A DNA stretch of 64,000 nt from a virus. The position numbers and the translations under genes are program-made. Below, in pieces: positions 1-9,400 of the stretch. Below the pieces are notes generated by a model, which was not told the origin of the DNA, searched no databases, and saw only the letters and a program-made list of their open reading frames with translations. The first letter of the stretch is position 1; each line of letters opens with the position of its first letter. The stretch covers positions 32,001 to 96,000 of IMG/VR virus record IMGVR_UViG_3300045988_072028. One strand, given 5' to 3'.

Positions 1-60
1 CTGAAAGACAAGGCTATTATATTCCGTAGCGGATTCCTGCATGGGGATGGTGGTTTCTAA
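1..60 (+). CDS. 3' end of an upstream gene (partial, 19 codons visible)
   Basis: Frame 1 is open from the window edge to TAA at 58-60. Too short to identify. Confidence 0.3.
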   Translation: MKDKAIIFRSGFLHGDGGF

Positions 61-74
61 CACTACCCGTATCT

Positions 75-91
75 CCCCCCCCCTATATTTC
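75..91 (+). promoter_or_regulatory. C9 homopolymer abutting a TATATTTC box upstream of the tail fibre gene
   Basis: ATCTCCCCCCCCCTATATTTC. C9 occupies 75-83. Confidence 0.45.
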
Positions 92-116
92 TTGGTGTGT
101 ATGTATATAGCTATAT

Positions 117-2036
117 TTGAGCAAAAATAATTATGATATGGAAGATTTTCAAGGTAAATATAATGGCAAGCAGATAGAGCAGCTTTTGGATAAGGCTAAT
201 GATATTGATCTTTCCAAATACGCTCTTAAGACGGATAACGCTCCTACCGCCACAAAATTACAGGCAGCTAGGACTATAGTGCTGTCCGGGGCTGTTAGCG
301 GTAGTGTCTCATCGGACTTTGGAAGTAATGTTACTATCTCCACGACATTGTCGAACTTCGACGCCTCTAAGATCACGTCCGGTACCATTGATATAGACAG
401 GTTGCCTAAAGCAGCCTTAGAGAGAATGGTCGTGGTTGCTGATGATACGGCAAGGTTTAAACTTACTACAGCCACGGCTCAGGTCGGGGACACGGTTAAG
501 GTAACGGCCACGAATAAGATGTATCTGGTCAAGGATGATAGTAAGTTGAATACCGAGGATGGTTACGAGCCTTATACGGCAAGTTCGGCGTCATCTGTGC
601 CATGGTCTGGAGTGACCGGCAAACCTAGCACCTTCGCTCCACCTACGGCGGCGGCCTCCACCTTAGGTGGCGTAAAGGTAGGATACACGACTTCTGGCAA
701 GAACTATAAGTTACAGGTTGACGCTTCTGGTAACGCTTTTGTTAATGTTCCATGGACAGATAATAATACGACCTATAATCAGGCCACGGCTGACACTTTA
801 GGATTGGTTAAGATCGGTTATACCTCTAGTGGGAAGAACTATGCCGTATCCTTGGACTCTAATGGGAAGATGTATGTGAATGTCCCTTGGACTGATAATA
901 ACACGACTTATGCTCAAGCCACGAGCGATAATCTAGGTCTTGTTAAGATTGGATACTCTACCAATGGCAAGAACTATCCCGTTGCTCTTGACGGTAGTGG
1001 TAAGATGTACGTGAACGTCCCGTGGACGGATACCAACACCACATATTCCAATATGGGGGCGGCAACCTCCTCTACTGCGGGAAAGGCCGGTTTGGTTCCC
1101 GTCCCAGCCGCAGGTAAACAAGCCTCTTTTTTACGTGGTGATGGCACGTGGGTTGTCCCTACTAATACTACATACGCCAAGGCCAATACATCGACCCTTG
1201 GGCTGGTAATGATTGGATATGCGGAGAATGGCAAGAATTATCCGGTAGAACTGGACGGTAGCGGAAAGATGTATGTCAATGTGCCTTGGACAGACACTAA
1301 TACGACGTATGGTGTTGTAGGAGCTAATGGGTCTACAGGTCTGGTAAAGAACGGGAGTACGGTAACCAGCGCTTCTGGCTATACCGCCTGTCCTATTGTC
1401 AGTGGTGTCCCTTATTATAAAGACACTAATACCACTTACGCCAATATGAAGGCAGCTACGGCTTCAGCGGCTGGTGCTGCGGGATTGGTACCGGCCCCCG
1501 CTGCGGGCAAACAGACGTCTTTTCTTCGTGGTGACGGAACATGGGTCGTACCTACCAATACCACATACGGATTGGCCTCTACTACAGCTAACGGCTTGTT
1601 GAGACAGCTTAATGGTAGTACATCCAGTTTCATGCGTGGAGATGGCACTTGGGCCACACCTCCTAACACGACATACGCCGTAGCCAACGAGTCTACTAAC
1701 GGGTTGATGGCGGCGGCTGATAAGAAGACCGTGAATAGGCTTATAGGAGTTAATACGGTCACGACATTAGCCAACCTGCCTATTAGCAAGAGAAGTATCA
1801 CGGCTACGTTATCAGCCGCTACCACCCTATCCGTGCAGTCAGGCATGCAGATAGGAGAGGAGCTGATGATCAGATGCGTCCCGTCGGCAGTGTTTACACA
1901 GGCTATACCAAACTCTGGAGCTTATGTAAGCATGAGTGGTACTTCTATAACCACTACGGCTAACAAGCCTTTCGAGATAAATATCTGGTGTTACGCTTCA
2001 GGTAAGTATAGCATCGCCGTTAAAGAACAAGATTAA
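117..2036 (+). CDS. tail fibre protein with internal repeats
   Basis: 639-codon ORF (TTG at 117, first ATG at 138). Five ~45-aa repeats of the form LG-VK-GY--SGKNY-V-LD-SGKMYVNVPWTD-NTTY. Two AGLVP-PAAGKQ-SFLRGDGTWVVPTNTTY units and an NGLMAAADKK motif, all typical of phage fibre shafts. Confidence 0.8.
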   Translation: MSKNNYDMEDFQGKYNGKQIEQLLDKANDIDLSKYALKTDNAPTATKLQAARTIVLSGAVSGSVSSDFGSNVTISTTLSNFDASKITSGTIDIDRLPKAALERMVVVADDTARFKLTTATAQVGDTVKVTATNKMYLVKDDSKLNTEDGYEPYTASSASSVPWSGVTGKPSTFAPPTAAASTLGGVKVGYTTSGKNYKLQVDASGNAFVNVPWTDNNTTYNQATADTLGLVKIGYTSSGKNYAVSLDSNGKMYVNVPWTDNNTTYAQATSDNLGLVKIGYSTNGKNYPVALDGSGKMYVNVPWTDTNTTYSNMGAATSSTAGKAGLVPVPAAGKQASFLRGDGTWVVPTNTTYAKANTSTLGLVMIGYAENGKNYPVELDGSGKMYVNVPWTDTNTTYGVVGANGSTGLVKNGSTVTSASGYTACPIVSGVPYYKDTNTTYANMKAATASAAGAAGLVPAPAAGKQTSFLRGDGTWVVPTNTTYGLASTTANGLLRQLNGSTSSFMRGDGTWATPPNTTYAVANESTNGLMAAADKKTVNRLIGVNTVTTLANLPISKRSITATLSAATTLSVQSGMQIGEELMIRCVPSAVFTQAIPNSGAYVSMSGTSITTTANKPFEINIWCYASGKYSIAVKEQD

Positions 2037-2046
2037 AGAATAGATT

Positions 2047-3090
2047 ATGGCATATACATATATAAACAGGGAAATATATCCCAATATGTTGGTTTTAGAC
2101 GAACCTCTTGATGATAATTACGCTAAGGGTAATAGCTATGATGATTATATTAATGGCAATCCGATTCCATGGATAGAGCTGGGAGAGGAGCAATTGGCGT
2201 TCAAGGAAGCTAATCCTAAAGCCACGGTTAAGGAGATCATTGAGGCTAGGTTAGATGAGTCGAGGATTCTTAACGAGGAGAAATCAGCTAAATATGAGGA
2301 GCTGAGATCTTATGAGACTGAAAATCTCCATGAGTTTTTCTTGGATGATCAAGATATTTATATTCCTGAATATGACAGACGTAACGCTTTGGCTGATGGG
2401 GCTATAGTCGGTAAGATAACGATTATGGGCCTGGAGTTCGATATGACGGAAGGCAAGATCTTGATCGGGATGATGGATAAGTACGATAACGATCTGACAA
2501 CGGCGTTAGGGGACAAGCAAAAGCAGATCAGTATAGCCACTACCGTAGAACAGGTGAGAGCTGTCGATGTTCAGTCCGGCTATCCTGATAAGGTAAGTGT
2601 TACCACGGCGTACATCCAGCAACAGGCGAAGGAGAAGGATGCTCTCGATCCTCAAAAAGTAGCTGTCGAGTTTTCTAGGATGTTGGTTAATGACAAATCT
2701 TTATCCTTATCATCCAACGAGAAATTGGATGTTAAGGTCCTATTTCCTATATGGGGACAAGAAGGAGCGGAGTTCGGGCTATCCGTGGATACCGGATTTT
2801 GTCTTAGGGTAGTTAAGGAGGATACGGATATCCTTTACGAGGTTATCCAGCCTCATACGTTATCGTCAGAATGGGAGCCTGGACTCAGTACGGCCTCCTT
2901 ATATAAGGTTGTTGACAAGGAGCATGTCGGGACTATAGGTGATCCTATCCCGTATTTCCCTCCAATGGAGATATTCAAGGATAAATATTACATCCAGAAC
3001 GCTGATGTGTATAAGTGTACTAGGGATAGCGGAACTCCTCTCAGCCATAATCTACAGGATTTAATAGGTCTGTACGTGGAGCGGGTGTAG
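2047..3090 (+). CDS. tail-associated protein, possible carbohydrate-binding C-terminus
   Basis: 347-aa ORF 10 nt after the fibre gene. The C-terminal YEVIQPHTLSSEWEPG--ASLYKVV and a second Y--N-DVYKC segment resemble CBM5/12-like aromatic repeats seen at the ends of phage tail proteins. The functional call is weak. Confidence 0.5.
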   Translation: MAYTYINREIYPNMLVLDEPLDDNYAKGNSYDDYINGNPIPWIELGEEQLAFKEANPKATVKEIIEARLDESRILNEEKSAKYEELRSYETENLHEFFLDDQDIYIPEYDRRNALADGAIVGKITIMGLEFDMTEGKILIGMMDKYDNDLTTALGDKQKQISIATTVEQVRAVDVQSGYPDKVSVTTAYIQQQAKEKDALDPQKVAVEFSRMLVNDKSLSLSSNEKLDVKVLFPIWGQEGAEFGLSVDTGFCLRVVKEDTDILYEVIQPHTLSSEWEPGLSTASLYKVVDKEHVGTIGDPIPYFPPMEIFKDKYYIQNADVYKCTRDSGTPLSHNLQDLIGLYVERV

Positions 3091-3106
3091 CCGTAGTGCG
3101 ATCTAT

Positions 3107-3123
3107 CCCCCCCCCATATTTTA
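3107..3123 (+). promoter_or_regulatory. C9 homopolymer abutting an ATATTTTA box upstream of the BACON-like gene
   Basis: ATCTATCCCCCCCCCATATTTTA. C9 occupies 3107-3115. Confidence 0.45.
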
Positions 3124-3185
3124 TGGCTAACATTATATAAGTTATTTTTGGCATAATAAAAGGACATTTATAAATATATTTAAGT

Positions 3186-3845
3186 ATGGCATCACAAAAA
3201 TTCGGTTTCGTAACCGTAGACCCGGTATCAGGATCAGGAGATCAAGCGGTTAATTTCTCCGGTGATAAACACACCGGTCGTCTTCAACGCACTATCAACC
3301 TTACGGTCACCACGAACGGCGGGGCTAAGAAGGCGTTGGTAGTTAATCAGGCAGCGGCTGCTGAGGTGGTAAGATCAGACAGCCCTAACGCTTCCGTACA
3401 AAAGACAGGTGGTAATGTTACCATCACCGGTAAGTCTAACAGTACTAAGCTTACGTTCGCGGTCACGCCGGCTGAGGAGAACGGGCTTACGTTACAGCTC
3501 CCGGATAACTACACGGCGGCTGGAAAGACTACGGCTAACGGAGCGATTATCGCCGACGATCCCGGAGCCGCTGGCGAGTTCGTTTGGAGCATCACGATCT
3601 CGGACGTACCGGCCAACGTCACGATCGAGGAACTGACAGCTACATTGAAGGTAACTGCCGCTGGTGGCCAGACAGCTAACGTGACGGTAACGCAAGCCGC
3701 TGGAGACTCTACTATCGAGCTTGACAAGGAGACTATTAACTTGGATGTAAATGGTACTCAACAGACGGTTAACGTAACATCTAATGACAGCTGGACATGG
3801 ACGCAAGCTGCGGCTAGAACCGTATTGAGAATGATGGGACGATAA
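3186..3845 (+). CDS. BACON/Ig-like domain surface protein
   Basis: N-terminal DPVSGSGDQAVNFSGDKHTGRLQRTINLTVTTNGGAKKALVVNQ fits the BACON-type pattern (GxG...N....R..I.V......V.Q). C-terminal QTVNVTSNDSWTWTQ looks like the start of a second unit. Followed by a hairpin terminator. Confidence 0.6.
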   Translation: MASQKFGFVTVDPVSGSGDQAVNFSGDKHTGRLQRTINLTVTTNGGAKKALVVNQAAAAEVVRSDSPNASVQKTGGNVTITGKSNSTKLTFAVTPAEENGLTLQLPDNYTAAGKTTANGAIIADDPGAAGEFVWSITISDVPANVTIEELTATLKVTAAGGQTANVTVTQAAGDSTIELDKETINLDVNGTQQTVNVTSNDSWTWTQAAARTVLRMMGR

Positions 3846-3868
3846 TCAGTTTCTTTTCGCTTACTCAG

Positions 3869-3908
3869 ACCCCGATCGACTAAAGCCGGTTGGGGTTTAT
3901 TTGTTTTG
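3869..3908 (+). terminator. rho-independent terminator
   Basis: ACCCCGATCG / CGGTTGGGGT stem (two G-U pairs) followed by TTTATTTGTTTTG. Confidence 0.7.
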
Positions 3909-3909
3909 C

Positions 3910-3917
3910 TATCTTTG
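3910..3917 (+). promoter_or_regulatory. Bacteroidota-type -7 promoter box (TAnnTTTG)
   Basis: Exact TATCTTTG 25 nt before the ATG at 3942, immediately after a terminator. Confidence 0.5.
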
Positions 3918-3941
3918 CAATAGAACAAAAATAATACAACT

Positions 3942-4925
3942 ATGGCTAATGATTTGAATATTAATTGGAAGGACGGGGTAGGTGAGGTAACGGACCAGCC
4001 TCTGACCGTCAGCCCGGGAGCCGGGAGTGGGGATGCGGCGGTTTCCTTTGGCTCGGTAATGAATAAAGGACTTGACCGTACCCTTGAGTTGGAGATAACA
4101 ACCCCCAAAGGCGTTAAGAAGACGCTCACGGTGAATCAGGAGGGATGTAGGCAGGCTTATATCACGAGCGACGGCAAACGATGGCTGACTAGCGACAATC
4201 AGGTTTATGGCGTATTGAAATCAGACGCCCCGTGCGAATGTACCGATACGTGTCGTGAATGTACGCTTATTGGATTTGATTATGCCGGGGTGATAAGTGA
4301 ATCCGGTAACGACCATATATTGATAAGGCCGTTGCCTGACAACCCCACAAAAACGACAGTTATCAAATATTCTAAAGACATCTCCACGTTCAGGGATGCC
4401 GATAAACCCTTTGATAGTCCCGATTCATCCAATAAATGCAGGTGGAATAACGTGACGCACGTAACATTGACCAACAGGGCTTATATATACTCAAGACCTC
4501 AATTGACTCCACACGAGGTTCAATACGCCCAGGCGGAGTATTCCAGCATGCAAGGGGAGTATGTAAATAAGATAGAGCTATTGATAGTTCCTGGGACTTT
4601 CAATATATCCGTTCCGGCTATTTATTCCTTGACATCTCCTGATAGCAGGGGAAGAATGGATATAGTATTAGCCGAGAATGGCAATGACGAGAATATATCG
4701 TATGATATATCCAATTACAATGATGTCCTTTACGGACTCAATAAACTAGCGCAATGCGTGTTGGTCAATAAAACCAGAACCTCTTTATCTATAAGGTATA
4801 AGGATACGGAGGAAGTGGTTACCGTAAATAATGGGGTATCATATTCCCTAGATACGTATATAAGGGAGGATAATTCTACCGATCATGGTAAATTCAGGGA
4901 TATTGAGATACTTCCTATAGGATAA
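3942..4925 (+). CDS. BACON/Ig-like N-terminal domain protein with divergent Cys-containing C-terminal domain
   Basis: SPGAGSGDAAVSFGSVMNKGLDRTLELEITTPKGVKKTLTVNQ is paralogous to the N-terminus of 3186..3845. Preceded by an exact TATCTTTG box. Confidence 0.6.
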   Translation: MANDLNINWKDGVGEVTDQPLTVSPGAGSGDAAVSFGSVMNKGLDRTLELEITTPKGVKKTLTVNQEGCRQAYITSDGKRWLTSDNQVYGVLKSDAPCECTDTCRECTLIGFDYAGVISESGNDHILIRPLPDNPTKTTVIKYSKDISTFRDADKPFDSPDSSNKCRWNNVTHVTLTNRAYIYSRPQLTPHEVQYAQAEYSSMQGEYVNKIELLIVPGTFNISVPAIYSLTSPDSRGRMDIVLAENGNDENISYDISNYNDVLYGLNKLAQCVLVNKTRTSLSIRYKDTEEVVTVNNGVSYSLDTYIREDNSTDHGKFRDIEILPIG

Positions 4926-4959
4926 TGATATTATCCTTTGTTTTTACAAATTTTGTAAT

Positions 4960-4967
4960 TATTTTTG
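4960..4967 (+). promoter_or_regulatory. Bacteroidota-type -7 promoter box
   Basis: Exact TATTTTTG in the spacer after 3942..4925. Confidence 0.4.
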
Positions 4968-5011
4968 TGCCGGATGTCCATCACCATCCAAATCCTGCTA
5001 ATTTATTATAC

Positions 5012-5056
5012 GAGAGGCGGTGTATGTGATGGTACGCCAGCCTCTCTTATTTTTAT
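5012..5056 (+). terminator. rho-independent terminator
   Basis: GAGAGGC...GCCTCTC stem followed by TTATTTTTAT. Confidence 0.55.
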
Positions 5057-5057
5057 C

Positions 5058-5339
5058 ATGGAGAAGAAATTAAATGTTTTCGATGTTAAGATTCCTGATG
5101 GCGGACAAATCAGTTGTCTACAGATTGATAAGGTTACTTATTTTGATCTTGAGTCTATATGTAAGTTATGTTTTGATACATACGATCTACATGACGTGGC
5201 TGACACTAAGGTGATGAGCGAGTTCCTTCACCGTGAGGGCGGTCGTTTCTGGACTACCTTGGATGGCGTAAGGCAATTATATAGGAGGGTCGAGTGCAAG
5301 ATGTGTTTCGAGGTAATTGAAAAGCTAAGGGAGTTATGA
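5058..5339 (+). CDS. hypothetical protein
   Basis: The ORF track starts at 4965, but that stretch overlaps the terminator hairpin. ATG at 5058 (MEKKLNVF) follows it directly. Confidence 0.5.
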   Translation: MEKKLNVFDVKIPDGGQISCLQIDKVTYFDLESICKLCFDTYDLHDVADTKVMSEFLHREGGRFWTTLDGVRQLYRRVECKMCFEVIEKLREL

Positions 5340-5704
5340 TGAAATTATTGCTGGTGGATGTTTATGAGTTCAAGACAGACCCATATGGTTTGGATAGATT
5401 CGGGAGTAAGATAAAGAATTATGGTCTTAAGCTTATCCGTAAGAACATACCGTTCGGTGTTGAGTATTACATATTAAGAGGGGAGAACAAGATTCAGATA
5501 TATGATAAGGATATCTTGGTAGTATTTCCAAGTTCTCATGTAAGACCTTCTTTTTGTAAGGTGGATTTCCATTATTTTGAGGTTTACAGACCTTCTATGT
5601 TTGAGGCTCTTCACAAAATAGCTATTGATTATGCCTTGGATTTGAGAAATGAGTTTAATGATATCGTTAACAAAAAAGATGATTATGAAGGAAAAGGAAA
5701 ATAA
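5336..5704 (+). CDS. hypothetical protein
   Basis: ATGA start/stop overlap with the preceding ORF. No motif recognised. Confidence 0.55.
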   Translation: MMKLLLVDVYEFKTDPYGLDRFGSKIKNYGLKLIRKNIPFGVEYYILRGENKIQIYDKDILVVFPSSHVRPSFCKVDFHYFEVYRPSMFEALHKIAIDYALDLRNEFNDIVNKKDDYEGKGK

Positions 5705-6110
5705 GAAAGAGGTATTGGTGTATGAGTACGATCCCAAGATATACCCGAGGAAATTGTTCGTGATGAAAGGATGTGAGATCAAGGATATCAAGGAAAGATT
5801 CTCCACGAGGGATGACGAGGAGATCGAGACAGAGATCGAGAAGGGATCTGAGCCAGCGTTAAGGGTCTTCCCTATGGTAAAGATAAAGGATACCGGCGCT
5901 TATGGTGAGCTGGTTGTGGTCTTCGTGGAGCCTGAGTACGTGAGCTGCGGGATGATCTCCCATGAGGCCTTCCATGTGGCCATGGACATCCTTAGCGAAC
6001 TAGGGGTCATGTTTCATGCCGACAATCAGGAACCCATAGCTTATATGGTCGAATGGGCGGCGGAATGCATCCATGACGTGATAACCGGGGAAGCGGATAA
6101 GGAGGATTGA
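5649..6110 (+). CDS. putative HExxH zinc metallopeptidase-like protein
   Basis: Contains ISHEAFHVAMD (HExxH) followed by NQEPIAYMVEW. The start is uncertain; alternative ATGs at 5679 and 5685 reduce the overlap with the upstream gene. Confidence 0.45.
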   Translation: MSLMISLTKKMIMKEKENKKEVLVYEYDPKIYPRKLFVMKGCEIKDIKERFSTRDDEEIETEIEKGSEPALRVFPMVKIKDTGAYGELVVVFVEPEYVSCGMISHEAFHVAMDILSELGVMFHADNQEPIAYMVEWAAECIHDVITGEADKED

Positions 6111-6111
6111 T

Positions 6112-6387
6112 ATGGTACATACTTACAAATCCAAGGGGCTTACGAAAAGAGCCGTGAAGATCAATCTTGGTTATGATCCGGGAAATACGGGAAGGGTGTT
6201 TGGTTGCGAGACCAAGATGCTTTACGGCGGAGATCCGCCTCATTTGTTGGGCTTGATGATCACTGATTCTACTTGTACGTTCGTGGCTAAGGATGGGGAT
6301 TATGTGGTGGAGGTAGATAGGGATGGTCCCGTGTTATGGGCGGTAAGAAAGGACGTTTTTGAGCGTCTGTTTAAGATCATTGGTTAG
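6112..6387 (+). CDS. hypothetical protein
   Basis: Starts 2 nt after the upstream stop and is followed by a hairpin terminator. Confidence 0.55.
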   Translation: MVHTYKSKGLTKRAVKINLGYDPGNTGRVFGCETKMLYGGDPPHLLGLMITDSTCTFVAKDGDYVVEVDRDGPVLWAVRKDVFERLFKIIG

Positions 6388-6392
6388 GTTGG

Positions 6393-6426
6393 GCCTGTCT
6401 GGTTGTTAGCTAGACAGGCTTTTTGT
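6393..6426 (+). terminator. rho-independent terminator
   Basis: GCCTGTCT...AGACAGGC stem followed by TTTTTG. Confidence 0.75.
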
Positions 6427-6427
6427 T

Positions 6428-6435
6428 TATCTTTG
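6428..6435 (+). promoter_or_regulatory. Bacteroidota-type -7 promoter box
   Basis: Exact TATCTTTG 17 nt before the ATG of the giant ORF, immediately after a terminator. Confidence 0.5.
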
Positions 6436-6451
6436 TCAAAAACATTTAGTT

Positions 6452-9400
6452 ATGTCAAGTTGTGTCATTAAAAGAAATAAGGAGGGTAAGATAACCCGTG
6501 TCTTGACCCCTTCCGGAGAGGTATCCACCTTGTTCGATAAGATAGCGGGTATAGCCGCCGTAAGTGACCTTAATAAGGCCGCTGAGGCTTATATGACTAT
6601 TTATAACGATAAGTTCAGATCCAAGTTCGGAGACTGGACGAGATCCGTGCCAAGGAATAAGGAGGCGGCCAGATCCATAAGCGCCAGACTTAGCTCCAGC
6701 GAGTGGGGGCAACTTATGTCAGCCAAGGTCCTGTCCGCCATAAGCGATATGGATGCCCCGGCGTTGGCCAGAAGTCTCGGGAATAGCGACAATGTCGTGG
6801 CTTATCTTACCTCCGGAGAGGTAGGTGATGTCAATGATATGGCTGTGGTAGATACATCTACGGTACAGGAGGTGGATCTGGATTCCATAAACGAGGATAA
6901 TATTGGCGATACGATACTGAAAGAGGCGTCATGGGATGATATAAGGGCTATCAGGGAGAATATAGACATTAAGGAGACAGCCCGTATGTTATGGAAGGCC
7001 GTGGAAAGCGCTTTTACCGGGCAACGACCTAATATTAGGGTGAAAGGCGGAAGTATAGACGGGGAGATCATATTTTCTGGCAATGTCTTGCCGTTAAATA
7101 ATATTGAGAATTATACTCCTCCATCTTCAAGATTGGTATATGATTCCGGTGAGCCTCGCCTGTTCTTTAGATCGGATGACGGCAAGATACACGAATCTTA
7201 CGCCAACGCCATAAAAGGATCGTCCGGTGGGCGGGTCGAGGCCGGGTTCTTGGCCGGCAGTGTCGAGGAGAGCGACGTCCCGTCCGGTACGGCTGATATC
7301 TCCTTTGGCTCTTCCTCCATAACCCTTAATAACAGTGGGTCATTCATCCCGATCCTTGGTATTAGCTCAAACTCAGATGTAAGCACTCGTGGAGGGTTTG
7401 TTAATTACCTTATCAAGAAAGGTCTGTTGAGCGGGGAGCGTATAAGGCTAGGGGATAGGTATTATCTTACCGGTGCCGGCAATTCTGATGGTCTTAAGAT
7501 CTATAACGCTATGGATGCCTTGTCTAGGCTAAGGAATAGGTTTGGAAGTCAGTCCTCCGAAATGAACGTATTGGGTTCTATAGGTTTTGATACGGAGGTA
7601 AGTAATGATCTTGATCTTATCACGACATCAGGGGATAAGGTTACGGTAAGCAGATCGGAGATCAAGGGCATGTTAAGGCAAGGTAAGTTTGAGGAGCTTA
7701 ATAATAAGTATGATGGGTTCATGGAGCTAGCCTTGTCGTTGATGATGGAGGATAACGCCTTGTACGGAAGTAATGTCCGTGGGGTTATCGAGAATGAGAA
7801 GGCGGAGGATCTCCAGAATAGGACTGATATCACCAATATCTTATCCACGTTAGGTATCCGTGTGATGGGTATGTCTGAGTATATGGATAAGTATAAGATG
7901 CGTAATGGTGTCGAGCCTTCGGCTAGGGCATTGTCCGATATGGCCAATGGGGTTATCGCTTTGGCCGAGGGAGCTACGGTAGAGGATCTTAATGAGGAGG
8001 TGGCTCATTTCTTGATCGATACTTACCGTAACCAACAGGAGATTGACGAGGTTCTGGACTCTGTTGTCGGCACGCCATTATGGAATCAATTCGCCGGTCG
8101 TTACTATGAGGTGTATGGGAAGGAATACCAAGGGGAGGAACTGGATCGGATGGTGAAGCGGGAAATCCTAGGCAAGACGTTGGCCCAGCGGTTCGTCCCG
8201 GGTATGGAGCAGGCGGTGGAGGATCTGGCCTCGTCCGAGGATGCCCAGCTCTCCTTGTTTGGCAGGATAATCCGGGCTATACGGAATTTCTTCTCTACTC
8301 AAAGATCAGACTTGAATAAGGTTCTTGATAGGATAAAGGAGTCGGCGTTAGCTGATGATCCAAGCGCCTTTGACGTGCTTCTGTTAAAGGATAGCGACCA
8401 TCTCATGTACTCATTATCGGATGTTGATGTGGCTAATAAGCTGATCAAGAACGGTAGGTCATTGGAAAGACTATATACCAGATTGCAGAGGATGAGGTCA
8501 AGCCAAAGCCAGAGGATCGGGGAAAGCATCTCCCTTCTACGTGATATAGGCGAGAAGGTAAGACAAGTCGGGGGTGAGCTAAATAAGAATAACAACCTAT
8601 TATCCACCAAGAGCGTTATAGCTACAGCCAAGGCTGAGGTGGAGTATTTGGTCACTGTCGCCAGCAGCTTACGTAAGAGCGGGAAAGGATTGGATTATGA
8701 GACGATGCAGGTTATCGATAACGTATATGGGGAGATCGTGCCACTTGTCAGGAACCTTCGTGGATTCGTCAATAATCAGGCGGCTGATTATTATGGCAGC
8801 AATAAGGTTGGCATGGTAGAGGATATGGATGATATATTACGTATGGCTGAGACATCCATGTCAGATATAAACGCCCTTAAAAGTGATCGTAACGAGGATT
8901 GGCTGGATGGACAGCTTCGGATGTTCAATATCCCGGAAAGGTACTGGAATGGGATAAAGAAGTTGATAGATAACATCCATAAGGATATCAATGTCATGTC
9001 CCGGTTTTTCGGGACGTTAGAACATAGCGGTAACGCTATCCTAGGCATGTTAGGCCAACGTCTAGCCAAGGCTTATAACGACGCTCATGTTGAGGGTGTG
9101 GCTAATATCAATAAGATGACTAAGATGATGAAAGAGCGTGGATGGGGGATAAAGGATAATGAGGATCTTATACAGAAGATAAACGGTAAGAACTCGGATT
9201 ACCTTGACTCGTCCCGTGATTTCGCCAAATACGATTTACTGCTCAGGACCGAGCAGGCTAAGGCTATTATCGATATATATGATCTTAAGAATGTTACGGG
9301 TAAGACCGAGAAACAACTTATCGACCTTCTTCTATCCGATAGAGGCCTTAAGGTGAAGACCCGTGACGACATAGTAGGATATGACGGGGATAAGCCTATT

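Noticed and set aside
149-1846. Several antisense ORFs inside the tail fibre gene (149..475, 933..1121, 974..1234, 1436..1846).
   Set aside because: They lie fully within a 639-aa ORF that has clear fibre repeats. Their low-complexity Ala/Val/Pro sequences are mirror images of the repeat-rich coding strand.
117-2036. Diversity-generating retroelement targeting the fibre.
   Set aside because: There is no reverse transcriptase ORF and no template/variable repeat pair with adenine-specific differences in the window. The repeats are ordinary protein-level tandem modules.
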